A DNA stretch of 60,042 nt. It comes from an uncultured Bacillota bacterium (GTDB lineage Bacteria > Bacillota_I > Bacilli_A > RF39 > UBA660). Positions 20,232 to 28,605 of this stretch are shown here, one piece after another; position 1 is the first letter of the stretch, and the number at the start of each line of letters is the position of its first letter. The stretch covers positions 1 through 60,042 of the forward strand of contig CAMOYT010000004.1 in NCBI GenBank assembly GCA_946630315.1, in the 5' to 3' direction. The notes under the pieces were generated by a model. The model made no database searches. It was not told the DNA's origin and saw only the letters and a list, made by a program, of their open reading frames with translations. The position numbers were made by a program, and so were the translations under genes.

Positions 20232-21287
20232 ATGAAGAAAGAAATAATTAATCTAACAAAGAAATTAATGAGTTTTAAAACTTATAAAGATAATAAAAAT
20301 GAATTTAAAAAATTATTTAATTATATAAAGAAAAAATATAATAATTTAGTTATTGTAGAAAAAGAAATAAAGGGAAATATTTGTTTAATACTTAGTAATT
20401 ATGATACTAAGACATTTGACGTAGTATTTTGTTGTCATGTAGATGTAGTTTATAGTAAAGACTTTATAGTTAGTGAGGATAATACTAATATCTATGGTAG
20501 AGGTAGTATTGATATGAAAGGTGGAGTTGCTTGTTCAATAGAAGCTTTAAATAATTATAAAGGTAAAAAGAAAATAGGAGTAATTCTTACAAGTGATGAA
20601 GAAATAGATGGATATTGTTGTGAGAAGCTATTAGAAGAATATAGTAGTAGTCTTGCGATTATACCAGATGGTGGAAAGAATTTTGCTTTAATTAAAGAAG
20701 AAAAAGGATTATTGCAATTGGAATTAGAATTAAAAACTAAGAGTAGTCATGCAAGTCAACCATGGAATGGTGTAAATGCTATTGATGAGTTATATAAAGT
20801 ATATTTAGAATTATTAAATATATATCCATTACCTAAAGATAGTAATGATTATATTACTAGTATTAATTTAGGAAAAATAATTGGAGGTAATAGTTTTAAT
20901 AGTGTAGCAGATAATTGCTTAATGTATTTAGATATTAGATATACTAGTGATACTAATAAGGATGAAATTATTAATAATATTTATAAAATAAATAGTATTG
21001 TTACTATTAATGTAATATTAGAAAGTAATATTTTTAAATGTGATATTAATAATAAAATGATTATTAAATATATTGATATATGTAAGAATGAACTTAATAG
21101 AGATATTGATATTATTGGCTGTGAATCTAGTAGTGATGCAGTATATTTTAGTAATAAAAATATTCCAACTATTATTATGAATCCAGTTGGTGACTTTCCT
21201 CATGGTGATTTAGAATATGTTAATAAAGAAAGCTTAATTAATTTATATAATATTTATCATAAGTTTTTGGAGAGTTTAGATGATTAG
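20232..21287 (+). CDS. M20 family metallo-hydrolase (ArgE/DapE-like)
   Basis: CHVDVV, YGRGSIDMKGG, DEEIDG, HASQPWNGVNAI, PHGDLE metal-binding motifs. Confidence 0.88.
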   Translation: MKKEIINLTKKLMSFKTYKDNKNEFKKLFNYIKKKYNNLVIVEKEIKGNICLILSNYDTKTFDVVFCCHVDVVYSKDFIVSEDNTNIYGRGSIDMKGGVACSIEALNNYKGKKKIGVILTSDEEIDGYCCEKLLEEYSSSLAIIPDGGKNFALIKEEKGLLQLELELKTKSSHASQPWNGVNAIDELYKVYLELLNIYPLPKDSNDYITSINLGKIIGGNSFNSVADNCLMYLDIRYTSDTNKDEIINNIYKINSIVTINVILESNIFKCDINNKMIIKYIDICKNELNRDIDIIGCESSSDAVYFSNKNIPTIIMNPVGDFPHGDLEYVNKESLINLYNIYHKFLESLDD

Positions 21288-22017
21288 TTTAGGTTTTTTA
21301 GAGAGTTTAGATAAGTATGAATTAAATAGATTAAAATATGGATTAATTAAGAAAGATAAAAGTGAATTAAAAATATGGGAAAAGTTAGATAATGGTTGCT
21401 ATATAGGTACTATGGGATATAGTGAAGATAATATTAAGGTGTTATTTGATTTATTACAAAGTTTTAGTGAACAATATGGAGAAGAAATAGACTATGAAGC
21501 TGCTAAAGAAGAATTACAATTATATCAAGATAGAGGTAAATTATTTATCTATTTTAATGAAGAAATGAAGCCTATTAGTATGAATGGTGTTATTTATAAT
21601 GAAGATAATATATCAGTAGATTTTATTAAAAAAGATGGTAATAAGCCAAGTAATTTATATTTTTATGGATTAAGTACTTTAAAGGAATATAGAGGATTAG
21701 GTGCCTGCAATCACTTAGTAGATTTTGCTATTAAATATGCATATTATAATGACTTTGATTTAGTATATGCTAGAACTGATTTAGTTAATTCTAATTCTGA
21801 AGGTATTATGAAAAAACATGGTATGGATATATGTACATTTAATGATAGTATTATTGCTGAATGGGTTGATGTTACTGATGATCAAGGAGATTATAGATTA
21901 CATTTATGGAGACCTTTAAAAAGAAATATTATGTGTTTTCCTAAAAAAGATGCGATTTTTGCTGATATGGATAGGAAAATTGATAATAATAAGGTTATAA
22001 AAAAGACTGTTGCTTAA
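21280..22017 (+). CDS. GNAT family N-acetyltransferase
   Basis: Acetyl-CoA motif A (LSTLKEYRGLGAC..L) and N.NS...MKKHG; overlaps the M20 stop. Confidence 0.75.
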   Translation: MISLGFLESLDKYELNRLKYGLIKKDKSELKIWEKLDNGCYIGTMGYSEDNIKVLFDLLQSFSEQYGEEIDYEAAKEELQLYQDRGKLFIYFNEEMKPISMNGVIYNEDNISVDFIKKDGNKPSNLYFYGLSTLKEYRGLGACNHLVDFAIKYAYYNDFDLVYARTDLVNSNSEGIMKKHGMDICTFNDSIIAEWVDVTDDQGDYRLHLWRPLKRNIMCFPKKDAIFADMDRKIDNNKVIKKTVA

Positions 22018-22084
22018 GTCTTTTTTTATTTATTTTTGCATGTTTTTTTGATAAAATAGTTATAGATTAGAAAGGATTGATTAG

Positions 22085-23041
22085 ATGTTAATATTGGATA
22101 ATATTGTTTCAGTATGTTCAGATCCAGCACTTGGTATGACTTTATCTGTATTTAAGAGAATTATTAATATTGTACAAATAGTTGGTCCAATTCTTTTTAT
22201 GTTGGCACTTGCATATAATTTTTTTCAATTAATGATGAATCCTGAAGAGAAAAAATTAGTTAAGAAATGTTTTAATTCTTTATGGGGTGCTTTATTAATA
22301 TTTGGTATTACGGTTTTTGTTAATCTAACTATGAGTATGTTGGATTCTGATTTTACACTTAGTTCTTGCTGGAATAATGTTGTTGTGACAAATACAAGAT
22401 CTAGTTATATATCTCCTAATGGAGAAAAAGGAAAAAAGATTTTTATTAATCCATCTGATTATGAAAAAGGTGATGAGAAAAAGACTGATGATGATACTTT
22501 TAGTGGTGAAGCAATAGATGGTACTGCTAAAAGAGCAGGGGATGTTGTGTGGGATCCTTCTAATGTTACTATTAAAAGTAATATAACTAGTGCTCAACTT
22601 GTTAAAGTATTAAATGCTCATGGTGGAAATGCTAAAAACTTTATTCCATATGCAACTGGATTAGTTACTGCAGAGAACAAATATAGTGTTAATGTTTTTT
22701 TCTTGCTTGGAGTTGAAGCATTAGAATCTGGTTGGGTTACATCTAGTATTGCTAAGAGTTGTAATAACTTAGGTGGTGTTTGCCAAAGTAGTAATCATCC
22801 TTCTAATGGATGTGGTTCTAATAGTAATTGTAGTTTTGCATATTTCTCATCAGTAAATGATTTTGTTGATTATCATGCTTCAATGTTACATACTAATTAT
22901 CTTACACCTGGTGGGTCTTATTATCATGGTACTAGTCCTTCTGCTGTTGTTACTAATTATTGTCCAGGATGTAGTGAATGGCCTAGTGCTGTAATTAGTA
23001 TTGCTAATGGATTGTTTAAATATGTATCACAAGTTATTTAG
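22085..23041 (+). CDS. Membrane-anchored glucosaminidase/lysozyme-like cell-wall hydrolase with a two-TM N-terminus
   Basis: GH73-like motifs ALESGWVTS..AKSCNNLGG and F.SV.D.V; two hydrophobic helices at the N-terminus. Confidence 0.65.
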   Translation: MLILDNIVSVCSDPALGMTLSVFKRIINIVQIVGPILFMLALAYNFFQLMMNPEEKKLVKKCFNSLWGALLIFGITVFVNLTMSMLDSDFTLSSCWNNVVVTNTRSSYISPNGEKGKKIFINPSDYEKGDEKKTDDDTFSGEAIDGTAKRAGDVVWDPSNVTIKSNITSAQLVKVLNAHGGNAKNFIPYATGLVTAENKYSVNVFFLLGVEALESGWVTSSIAKSCNNLGGVCQSSNHPSNGCGSNSNCSFAYFSSVNDFVDYHASMLHTNYLTPGGSYYHGTSPSAVVTNYCPGCSEWPSAVISIANGLFKYVSQVI

Positions 23042-23049
23042 GAGGTATT

Positions 23050-23634
23050 ATGAAGAAGGTATTAATAATTACTGCAGTATCTTTAATAGTCTTTGTTTTA
23101 GTAGTAGTATTACTTAATTCAATGTCTGGTGAGAGTAATACAAAGAAGATAAAAGATTATGTTAAGGAACAAGGATATAGTGATTCTAATGATAGTTTAT
23201 TTTATCAAAAAATAGTTTCTAATAATACTTTAGATGACTATTATAAAGATGTAGATAATCATACAGATAGTGTTTATCAAGAATATTATTTTAGTAAGGA
23301 TAGTTATTCTTTTATTGAATTAAAAATGGTTTTTAAAAATGAAGTAAATCAAGTATTTAATGTAACTAGTGATTTTACAAATAATAAGATTTCATATAAT
23401 TTTGAAATTAGTCGTGATAATGCATCTATTATTTTAGATGGAGATTATGTTGCTGGTAATGTTAGCTGTAATATTAATAGTGTAAAAAATCTAAGTACTA
23501 ATAAAGTAAATGATTATTGTACTATAGCTAAAAATTATATGAATGAATTTATTGATGAGCAAAATAATTTATTAAGTAATGATGAATTTAGTAAAGCAAT
23601 AAGTCAAGTAAATGGAGTTGTTGTTGATGACTAG
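23050..23634 (+). CDS. Hypothetical membrane-anchored or exported protein
   Basis: GGAGG RBS and a single N-terminal hydrophobic helix. Confidence 0.7.
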   Translation: MKKVLIITAVSLIVFVLVVVLLNSMSGESNTKKIKDYVKEQGYSDSNDSLFYQKIVSNNTLDDYYKDVDNHTDSVYQEYYFSKDSYSFIELKMVFKNEVNQVFNVTSDFTNNKISYNFEISRDNASIILDGDYVAGNVSCNINSVKNLSTNKVNDYCTIAKNYMNEFIDEQNNLLSNDEFSKAISQVNGVVVDD

Positions 23635-24520
23635 TATTGATAGTGCAATTAAAGATTTTATAAATTATTGTGTATTTGAAAAAGGTTTAAGTGATAAGAC
23701 TAAGGAAAGTTATACTAATGATTTAGATGTATATAAAGAGTTTTTAAAAGGTAAACATGTAGTTAATGTAGAACAAATAAAAGATAGTCATATTAAAGAG
23801 TTTTTAAAAGAAAGAAATGAAGATGCTACTAGTACTATTGCTCATAATCTTACTGTAATTAAGAATTTTCATAGTTATTTACTTAGAGAACATATACTTG
23901 ATAAAGATGTTTCTGAGTTTATAGATAGACCTAAATTAAGAAAAAGTCTTCCTAAGACTTTATCTGTTGAAGATATAGATAAATTACTTGATATTGAATT
24001 AAATACAGCGTTTGACTATCGAAACAAAGCTATGTTAGAATTGATGTACGGTTGTGGATTAAGAGTTAGTGAATTAATCAATATTGAGTTAAATGATGTA
24101 GATATGTATAATTGTTTAATTAGAGTATCTGGTAAGGGTAGTAAGGAAAGAGATATTCCAGTTGGTGAGTATGCTATACATTATTTAGAATTATATTTAG
24201 ATAAAAGAAGTGAATTAATTAAAAATAATTATAATGATCCTAAATTATTTTTAAATAATCATGGAAAAGCTATGACTAGACAAGGTTTTTTTAAGAATTT
24301 AAAGAAATTGTTGGAAGAAAAAGGACTTAATCCAAATGTTAGTCCTCATACTTTAAGACATAGTTTTGCAACTCATTTGATAAATAGAGGCGCTGATCTG
24401 AGAAGTATACAAGAGATGCTTGGTCATGCTGATATATCTACAACTAAGATTTATACTAAAGTAAGTGATGAAAAAGTAATAGAAGATTATTATGAATATC
24501 ATATGAGAAGTCATAAATAA
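23627..24520 (+). CDS. xerD: Tyrosine recombinase XerD (RipX-like)
   Basis: Full R-K-HxxR-H-Y set (GLRVSEL, GKGSKER, PHTLRHSFATHL, LGH, TKIY). Upstream of deoB, as in Bacillus ripX-drm. Confidence 0.88.
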   Translation: MTSIDSAIKDFINYCVFEKGLSDKTKESYTNDLDVYKEFLKGKHVVNVEQIKDSHIKEFLKERNEDATSTIAHNLTVIKNFHSYLLREHILDKDVSEFIDRPKLRKSLPKTLSVEDIDKLLDIELNTAFDYRNKAMLELMYGCGLRVSELINIELNDVDMYNCLIRVSGKGSKERDIPVGEYAIHYLELYLDKRSELIKNNYNDPKLFLNNHGKAMTRQGFFKNLKKLLEEKGLNPNVSPHTLRHSFATHLINRGADLRSIQEMLGHADISTTKIYTKVSDEKVIEDYYEYHMRSHK

Positions 24521-24607
24521 TTACAGTACTTTTTACTTATTATATTATTAATATTATTTATATATAATTTAATTCTTATCTTATAAGATAAGTAATTGGA
24601 GGCTATT

Positions 24608-25774
24608 ATGAGATTTAAAAGAGTATTTTTGATGGTTTTAGATTCATTAGGAGTAGGGGAAACTGTTGATGCTATTAACTTTGGTGATAATGGTGCTAAT
24701 ACATTGGGACATGTTAATGATACATGTAATTTATTTGTACCGAATTTAGCAAAAATTGGTTTTTTAGATACTCTTACTATGAGTGATAGAGTTGGAGTAG
24801 ATGCGTATTATACTATTGCTAGTCCTATTAATGCTGGTAAGGATACTTTAAATGGACATTATGAAATGGTAGGAATAAAAAATGATGTACCATTTAAGAC
24901 ATTTAATCAAGGTTTTGTATATGATGTTTTATCTGGAATTGAAGATATTACTGGTAGAAGTGTTATTGGAAATAAATGTTGTCAAAATGATAGTATTATT
25001 CAAGAACTTGGTGAAAGACAAAGAAATTATGGTTCTTTGATTATATATACTTCAGCTGATTCTGATCTACAAGTAGCAGCTCATGAAGATTCTATTCCTA
25101 TTGCTACTTTATATCAATATTGTGAAAAGATTAGAGCTTTTACATTAAAAGAAGATTATAAGATTGGTAGGGTAATTGCTCGTCCATTTACTGGTACACC
25201 TGGAAAGTATAGATTTTTAAGTAATTCTAGACGAGATTATACTGTTAAACCTCCTAAAAGAAGTGTTTTAAATGACTTAATTGATGGTGGTTATGAAGTA
25301 ATTGGTATTGGTAAGATTAATGATATTTTTGATGGGGAAGGTATTTCTAAGAAAATTAAAGCAGTAGATAATTCTGAAGGTATTAATAAGTTAACTGATA
25401 TAATGGATAAAGATTTTACTGGATTGTGTATGGTTAATTTAGCTGACTTTGATAGTTTATATGGTCATAATAGAGATGTAGATGGTTATGCTAAAGCTAT
25501 TGAAGAATTAGATGTAGATATACCTATTATCTTAAATAAGCTTGAATTAGATGATTTACTAATTATTACTGCTGATCATGGTAATGATCCTACATTTAAA
25601 GGAAATGATCATACAAGAGAAAATGTTCCAGTAATTATTTATTCAAGGAGTTTTAAGGAACCTAAGAGATTGGAACAATTTAAGACTTTTGCTAATATAG
25701 GAGCAACAATTGCCGATAATTTTGAATTAAATAAACCAGAAATTGGTGAAAGTATTTTAGATAAATTGATTTAG
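24608..25774 (+). CDS. deoB: Phosphopentomutase
   Basis: VLDSLGVG, GKDTLNGHYE, YTSADS, RVIARPF, YGHNRD, TADHGNDP, HTRE.VP. Confidence 0.96.
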   Translation: MRFKRVFLMVLDSLGVGETVDAINFGDNGANTLGHVNDTCNLFVPNLAKIGFLDTLTMSDRVGVDAYYTIASPINAGKDTLNGHYEMVGIKNDVPFKTFNQGFVYDVLSGIEDITGRSVIGNKCCQNDSIIQELGERQRNYGSLIIYTSADSDLQVAAHEDSIPIATLYQYCEKIRAFTLKEDYKIGRVIARPFTGTPGKYRFLSNSRRDYTVKPPKRSVLNDLIDGGYEVIGIGKINDIFDGEGISKKIKAVDNSEGINKLTDIMDKDFTGLCMVNLADFDSLYGHNRDVDGYAKAIEELDVDIPIILNKLELDDLLIITADHGNDPTFKGNDHTRENVPVIIYSRSFKEPKRLEQFKTFANIGATIADNFELNKPEIGESILDKLI

Positions 25775-25779
25775 ATAAT

Positions 25780-25809
25780 AAAAGTAGGGGAGAGGTCCCC
25801 TACTTTTTT
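25780..25809 (+). terminator. Intrinsic terminator of deoB
   Basis: AAAAGTAGGGGA-GAGG-TCCCCTACTTTT followed by Ts. Confidence 0.9.
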
Positions 25810-25857
25810 GATGTAATAATTTAGTATTTATAGTTTTTTTAATTAAAGTAATAATAC

Positions 25858-26110
25858 TATATGTGTATGTATATATATCCTTATATTATATATAATAATG
25901 ATATATGTACGTGTATATATCTTTATTATAAATATAAATAATGATATATGTGTGAATGTAGAAAAGTTTACTAGAATGAATCGAGATAGGCAATTGTCTT
26001 ACTTAGAGTAGTTAAATTGCTTAGAATTCACTCTTACGCGTATATATCCTTATTAATATATATAAAAAGGATAATAATATAACCTTATTAAATATATAAT
26101 AAGGTTATTA
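25858..26110. repeat. AT-rich degenerate direct repeats and palindromes next to dif
   Basis: Two ~43-bp tandem units (25858-25944) and two CCTTATTA-N6/7-TAAWAAGG palindromes (26045-26073, 26079-26108) share a TATATATCCTTAT-like core. Confidence 0.7.
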
Positions 26111-26268
26111 AAAATATTCATTATTAAATTTAAATTTGAAAATTTTATTTTAAATAATTTTTATTTGTTTATTTAATTTATATAGACTTAGAAGTTATTA
26201 ATATAATTGTATATTTATAATTACAGAGTAGTATTTAAACCTAATAATATCAATGGTTTTGATATAGA

Positions 26269-26296
26269 AGTTAACATAATATCAATTATAGGAAGT
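26269..26296 (-). other. dif site for XerCD chromosome dimer resolution
   Basis: Minus strand reads ACTTCCTATAA-TTGATA-TTATGTTAACT versus B. subtilis dif ACTTCCTAGAA-TATATA-TTATGTAAACT (one mismatch per arm). Intergenic, at the gene-orientation switch. Confidence 0.92.
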
Positions 26297-26337
26297 TAGT
26301 CTTCTTTGCCTAACTATATATATTATAACATTATTTA

Positions 26338-26967
26338 TTATTTTGTTCCATAGATTCTATCTCCGGCATCACCAAGGCCTGGAATGATATATTTATTTTC
26401 ATTTAATTTCTCATCTATATGAGCACAATATATTTTTACATCTTTATACTTCTCTGTGATTCTTTTTAATCCTTCAGGAGCAGCAATTATACAGATAAAT
26501 TTAATCTTTTTAACTCCATTTTTCTTTAATAATTCTATTGCATCTAATCCTGATCCTCCTGTTGCAAGCATGGGATCTAATATTATTACTTCTCGTTTAT
26601 CTATATTTTTTGGTACTTTATAAAAATAATTAACTGGTTCAAATGTTTCTTCATTACGATACATTCCAATATGACCAATTTTGGCATTTGGTATTACTCT
26701 AATTACACCATCTAACATTCCCATACCAGCTCTTAATATTGGGACAAAGGCATATTTATCTTCATCTAATTTACCTGTTTTTATTTTCTTTAAGGGAGTT
26801 TCTACCTCTACCCTCTTTAGTTTTGCATCTCTCATGGCTTCAAAACATAGAAACATTCCTATTTCACTTATTAATTCTCTAAATTCTTTGGTAGAGGTGT
26901 TCTTATCTCTTAATATTGCTAATTTATGTTCTATTAATGGGTGATTTAATTCAAATACATTATCCAT
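26338..26967 (-). CDS. upp: Uracil phosphoribosyltransferase
   Basis: HPLIEHKL, PILRAG, DPMLATGGS, YIIPGLGDAGDRIYGTK. Confidence 0.98.
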   Translation of the reverse strand: MDNVFELNHPLIEHKLAILRDKNTSTKEFRELISEIGMFLCFEAMRDAKLKRVEVETPLKKIKTGKLDEDKYAFVPILRAGMGMLDGVIRVIPNAKIGHIGMYRNEETFEPVNYFYKVPKNIDKREVIILDPMLATGGSGLDAIELLKKNGVKKIKFICIIAAPEGLKRITEKYKDVKIYCAHIDEKLNENKYIIPGLGDAGDRIYGTK

Positions 26968-26968
26968 T

Positions 26969-28396
26969 CTATTTACCTCTTTTCTTATTATTTTTTAATT
27001 CTTTTTGTATTTCTTTTAAGATATCTTCTTTTAATTCTACTGTTAATTCTTCTTTAACTTCTTTTTTTAATTTATTTATTTCTTTTCTATTATCTTCTAT
27101 TTTTACAGCGATTGGTTCTTCTTTATTTGTAATACATAGATTTAAGATAATACCTACAATGCTTGCTAGTGACATACCTGATATAGTTATTGATAAGTCT
27201 TTTGTTATTATTGCTACTGCGGCTCCTCCTAAACCTAGTACTAACATTGTACTTGCTACTACTATATTTTTTGATTCTTCAAAGTTTACTTGGTTTTTTA
27301 TTAATACTTTTAAACCATTTACGGCTATAAAGCCATATAGAAGCAATGATACGCCTCCAAGTACTGGATCAGGTATTGTTCCTATTAAAGCTGTAAATTT
27401 GCCTAAGAAACCGATTATAATAGCAAATACGGCAGCTAATCCGATTACTTTTACACTAGCAACTCTTGTCATTCCTACTACTGCAGTATTTTCTCCATAT
27501 GTAGTATTTGCTGGCCCTCCTAAGAAGCCTGCTACAAATGTTGCAATACCATCTCCTAATAGGGTTCTGTCTAATCCTGGATCTTTTAATAGATTTTTAT
27601 TAATTATATTACTTAATGAAGTATGATCGCCAATATGTTCACATAATGTAACTAGGGCAACTGGAGCTATTGTTATTATGGCTGCAAAATTTAGATTATA
27701 GTCTTTAAATGGTATTTTAAAGTTTGGAATACTAAACCAACTTGCTTCTATTACTGGTTTAAAGTCTACTAATCCTAACATACAAGACATGATATAACCT
27801 GATATTATTCCGATTAAGAATGGAATGATTTTAAAGAAGCCTTTTGCTTTTGTCATTGCTATGGCAGTTACTAGGAATGATACTAGTGCTACTACTAATA
27901 CTTGCCATTTAAATGGTGTACCATCAGCTAGACCAATTTGTGATATAGCATTAGGTGCTAAGCCTAAACCAATTATCATGATCATAGGTCCTATTACTAT
28001 TGGTGGTAGGAGTTTATCTATCCAACCTTTACCTATTATTTTTACGATGATTGCTACTACGATATAGATTAATCCAACAGTCATTATACCTGTCATAGCT
28101 CCAGCTATTCCTGCTTTGGTATAAGCTGCTGCAACTGGTACTATAAAAGCAAATGAACTTCCTAAATATACTGGTGATTTTGCTTTAGTACATAATATAT
28201 AAATTAATGTACCTATTCCTGATGCTACTAAAGCTACTGGAATTGATAATACTTCAGCACCAGCAGCTTTGTTTACTAAAATTGGAACTAATATTGTTGC
28301 TCCAAACATGGCAAATAAATGTTGAAATGCAAGTACTATACTTTTTCCTATTGGTGGCCATTCATTTATGCCATAAGTCATTTCTTTTTCTTTCAT
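26969..28396 (-). CDS. uraA: Uracil permease (NCS2 family)
   Basis: QHLFAMFGAT, YLGSSFAF, EHIGD, GPANTTYGEN; in an operon with upp. Confidence 0.93.
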   Translation of the reverse strand: MKEKEMTYGINEWPPIGKSIVLAFQHLFAMFGATILVPILVNKAAGAEVLSIPVALVASGIGTLIYILCTKAKSPVYLGSSFAFIVPVAAAYTKAGIAGAMTGIMTVGLIYIVVAIIVKIIGKGWIDKLLPPIVIGPMIMIIGLGLAPNAISQIGLADGTPFKWQVLVVALVSFLVTAIAMTKAKGFFKIIPFLIGIISGYIMSCMLGLVDFKPVIEASWFSIPNFKIPFKDYNLNFAAIITIAPVALVTLCEHIGDHTSLSNIINKNLLKDPGLDRTLLGDGIATFVAGFLGGPANTTYGENTAVVGMTRVASVKVIGLAAVFAIIIGFLGKFTALIGTIPDPVLGGVSLLLYGFIAVNGLKVLIKNQVNFEESKNIVVASTMLVLGLGGAAVAIITKDLSITISGMSLASIVGIILNLCITNKEEPIAVKIEDNRKEINKLKKEVKEELTVELKEDILKEIQKELKNNKKRGK

Positions 28397-28424
28397 AAAT
28401 CCTCCTTTTAGGTTAAATAATTAT

Positions 28425-28458
28425 AAAAAAAGAAGGGCCATTAAATAATGACTCTTCT
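28425..28458 (-). terminator. Attenuator terminator in the uraA-upp leader
   Basis: Minus strand AGAAGAGTCATTA-TT-TAATGGCCCTTCT followed by a T tract, about 20 nt before the uraA RBS. Confidence 0.8.
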
Positions 28459-28546
28459 AAATAGAAAAAATAGAATTAGAAAGTAAACCATCTATAGTAG
28501 TAGCTCTATTTAATGGTAATATTTTCATAATTCTATTTTGCTTCAT
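28457..28546 (-). CDS. Putative pyrL-like leader peptide MKQNRIMKILPLNRATTIDGLLSNSIFSI
   Basis: AAGGTGA RBS, 29 codons with a U-rich 3' third, TAG overlapping the terminator 5' arm; promoter TTGCAA-17 bp-TATTCT at 28597-28569. Confidence 0.6.
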   Translation of the reverse strand: MKQNRIMKILPLNRATTIDGLLSNSIFSI

Positions 28547-28605
28547 AATTATTTTCACCTTCTTTATAAGAATATATTATTCTTATAAAAATTGCAAGTG
28601 TTTTT

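Noticed and set aside
23627-24520. Phage or ICE integrase marking a mobile element
   Set aside because: Size, motifs and deoB synteny fit housekeeping XerD; there are no phage or conjugation genes and no att duplications.
25858-26110. Possible CRISPR array
   Set aside because: Units are degenerate and abut each other without unique spacers, and no cas genes are present.
26916-27626. 236-aa + strand ORF
   Set aside because: Antisense shadow of uraA with no RBS or recognisable motifs.
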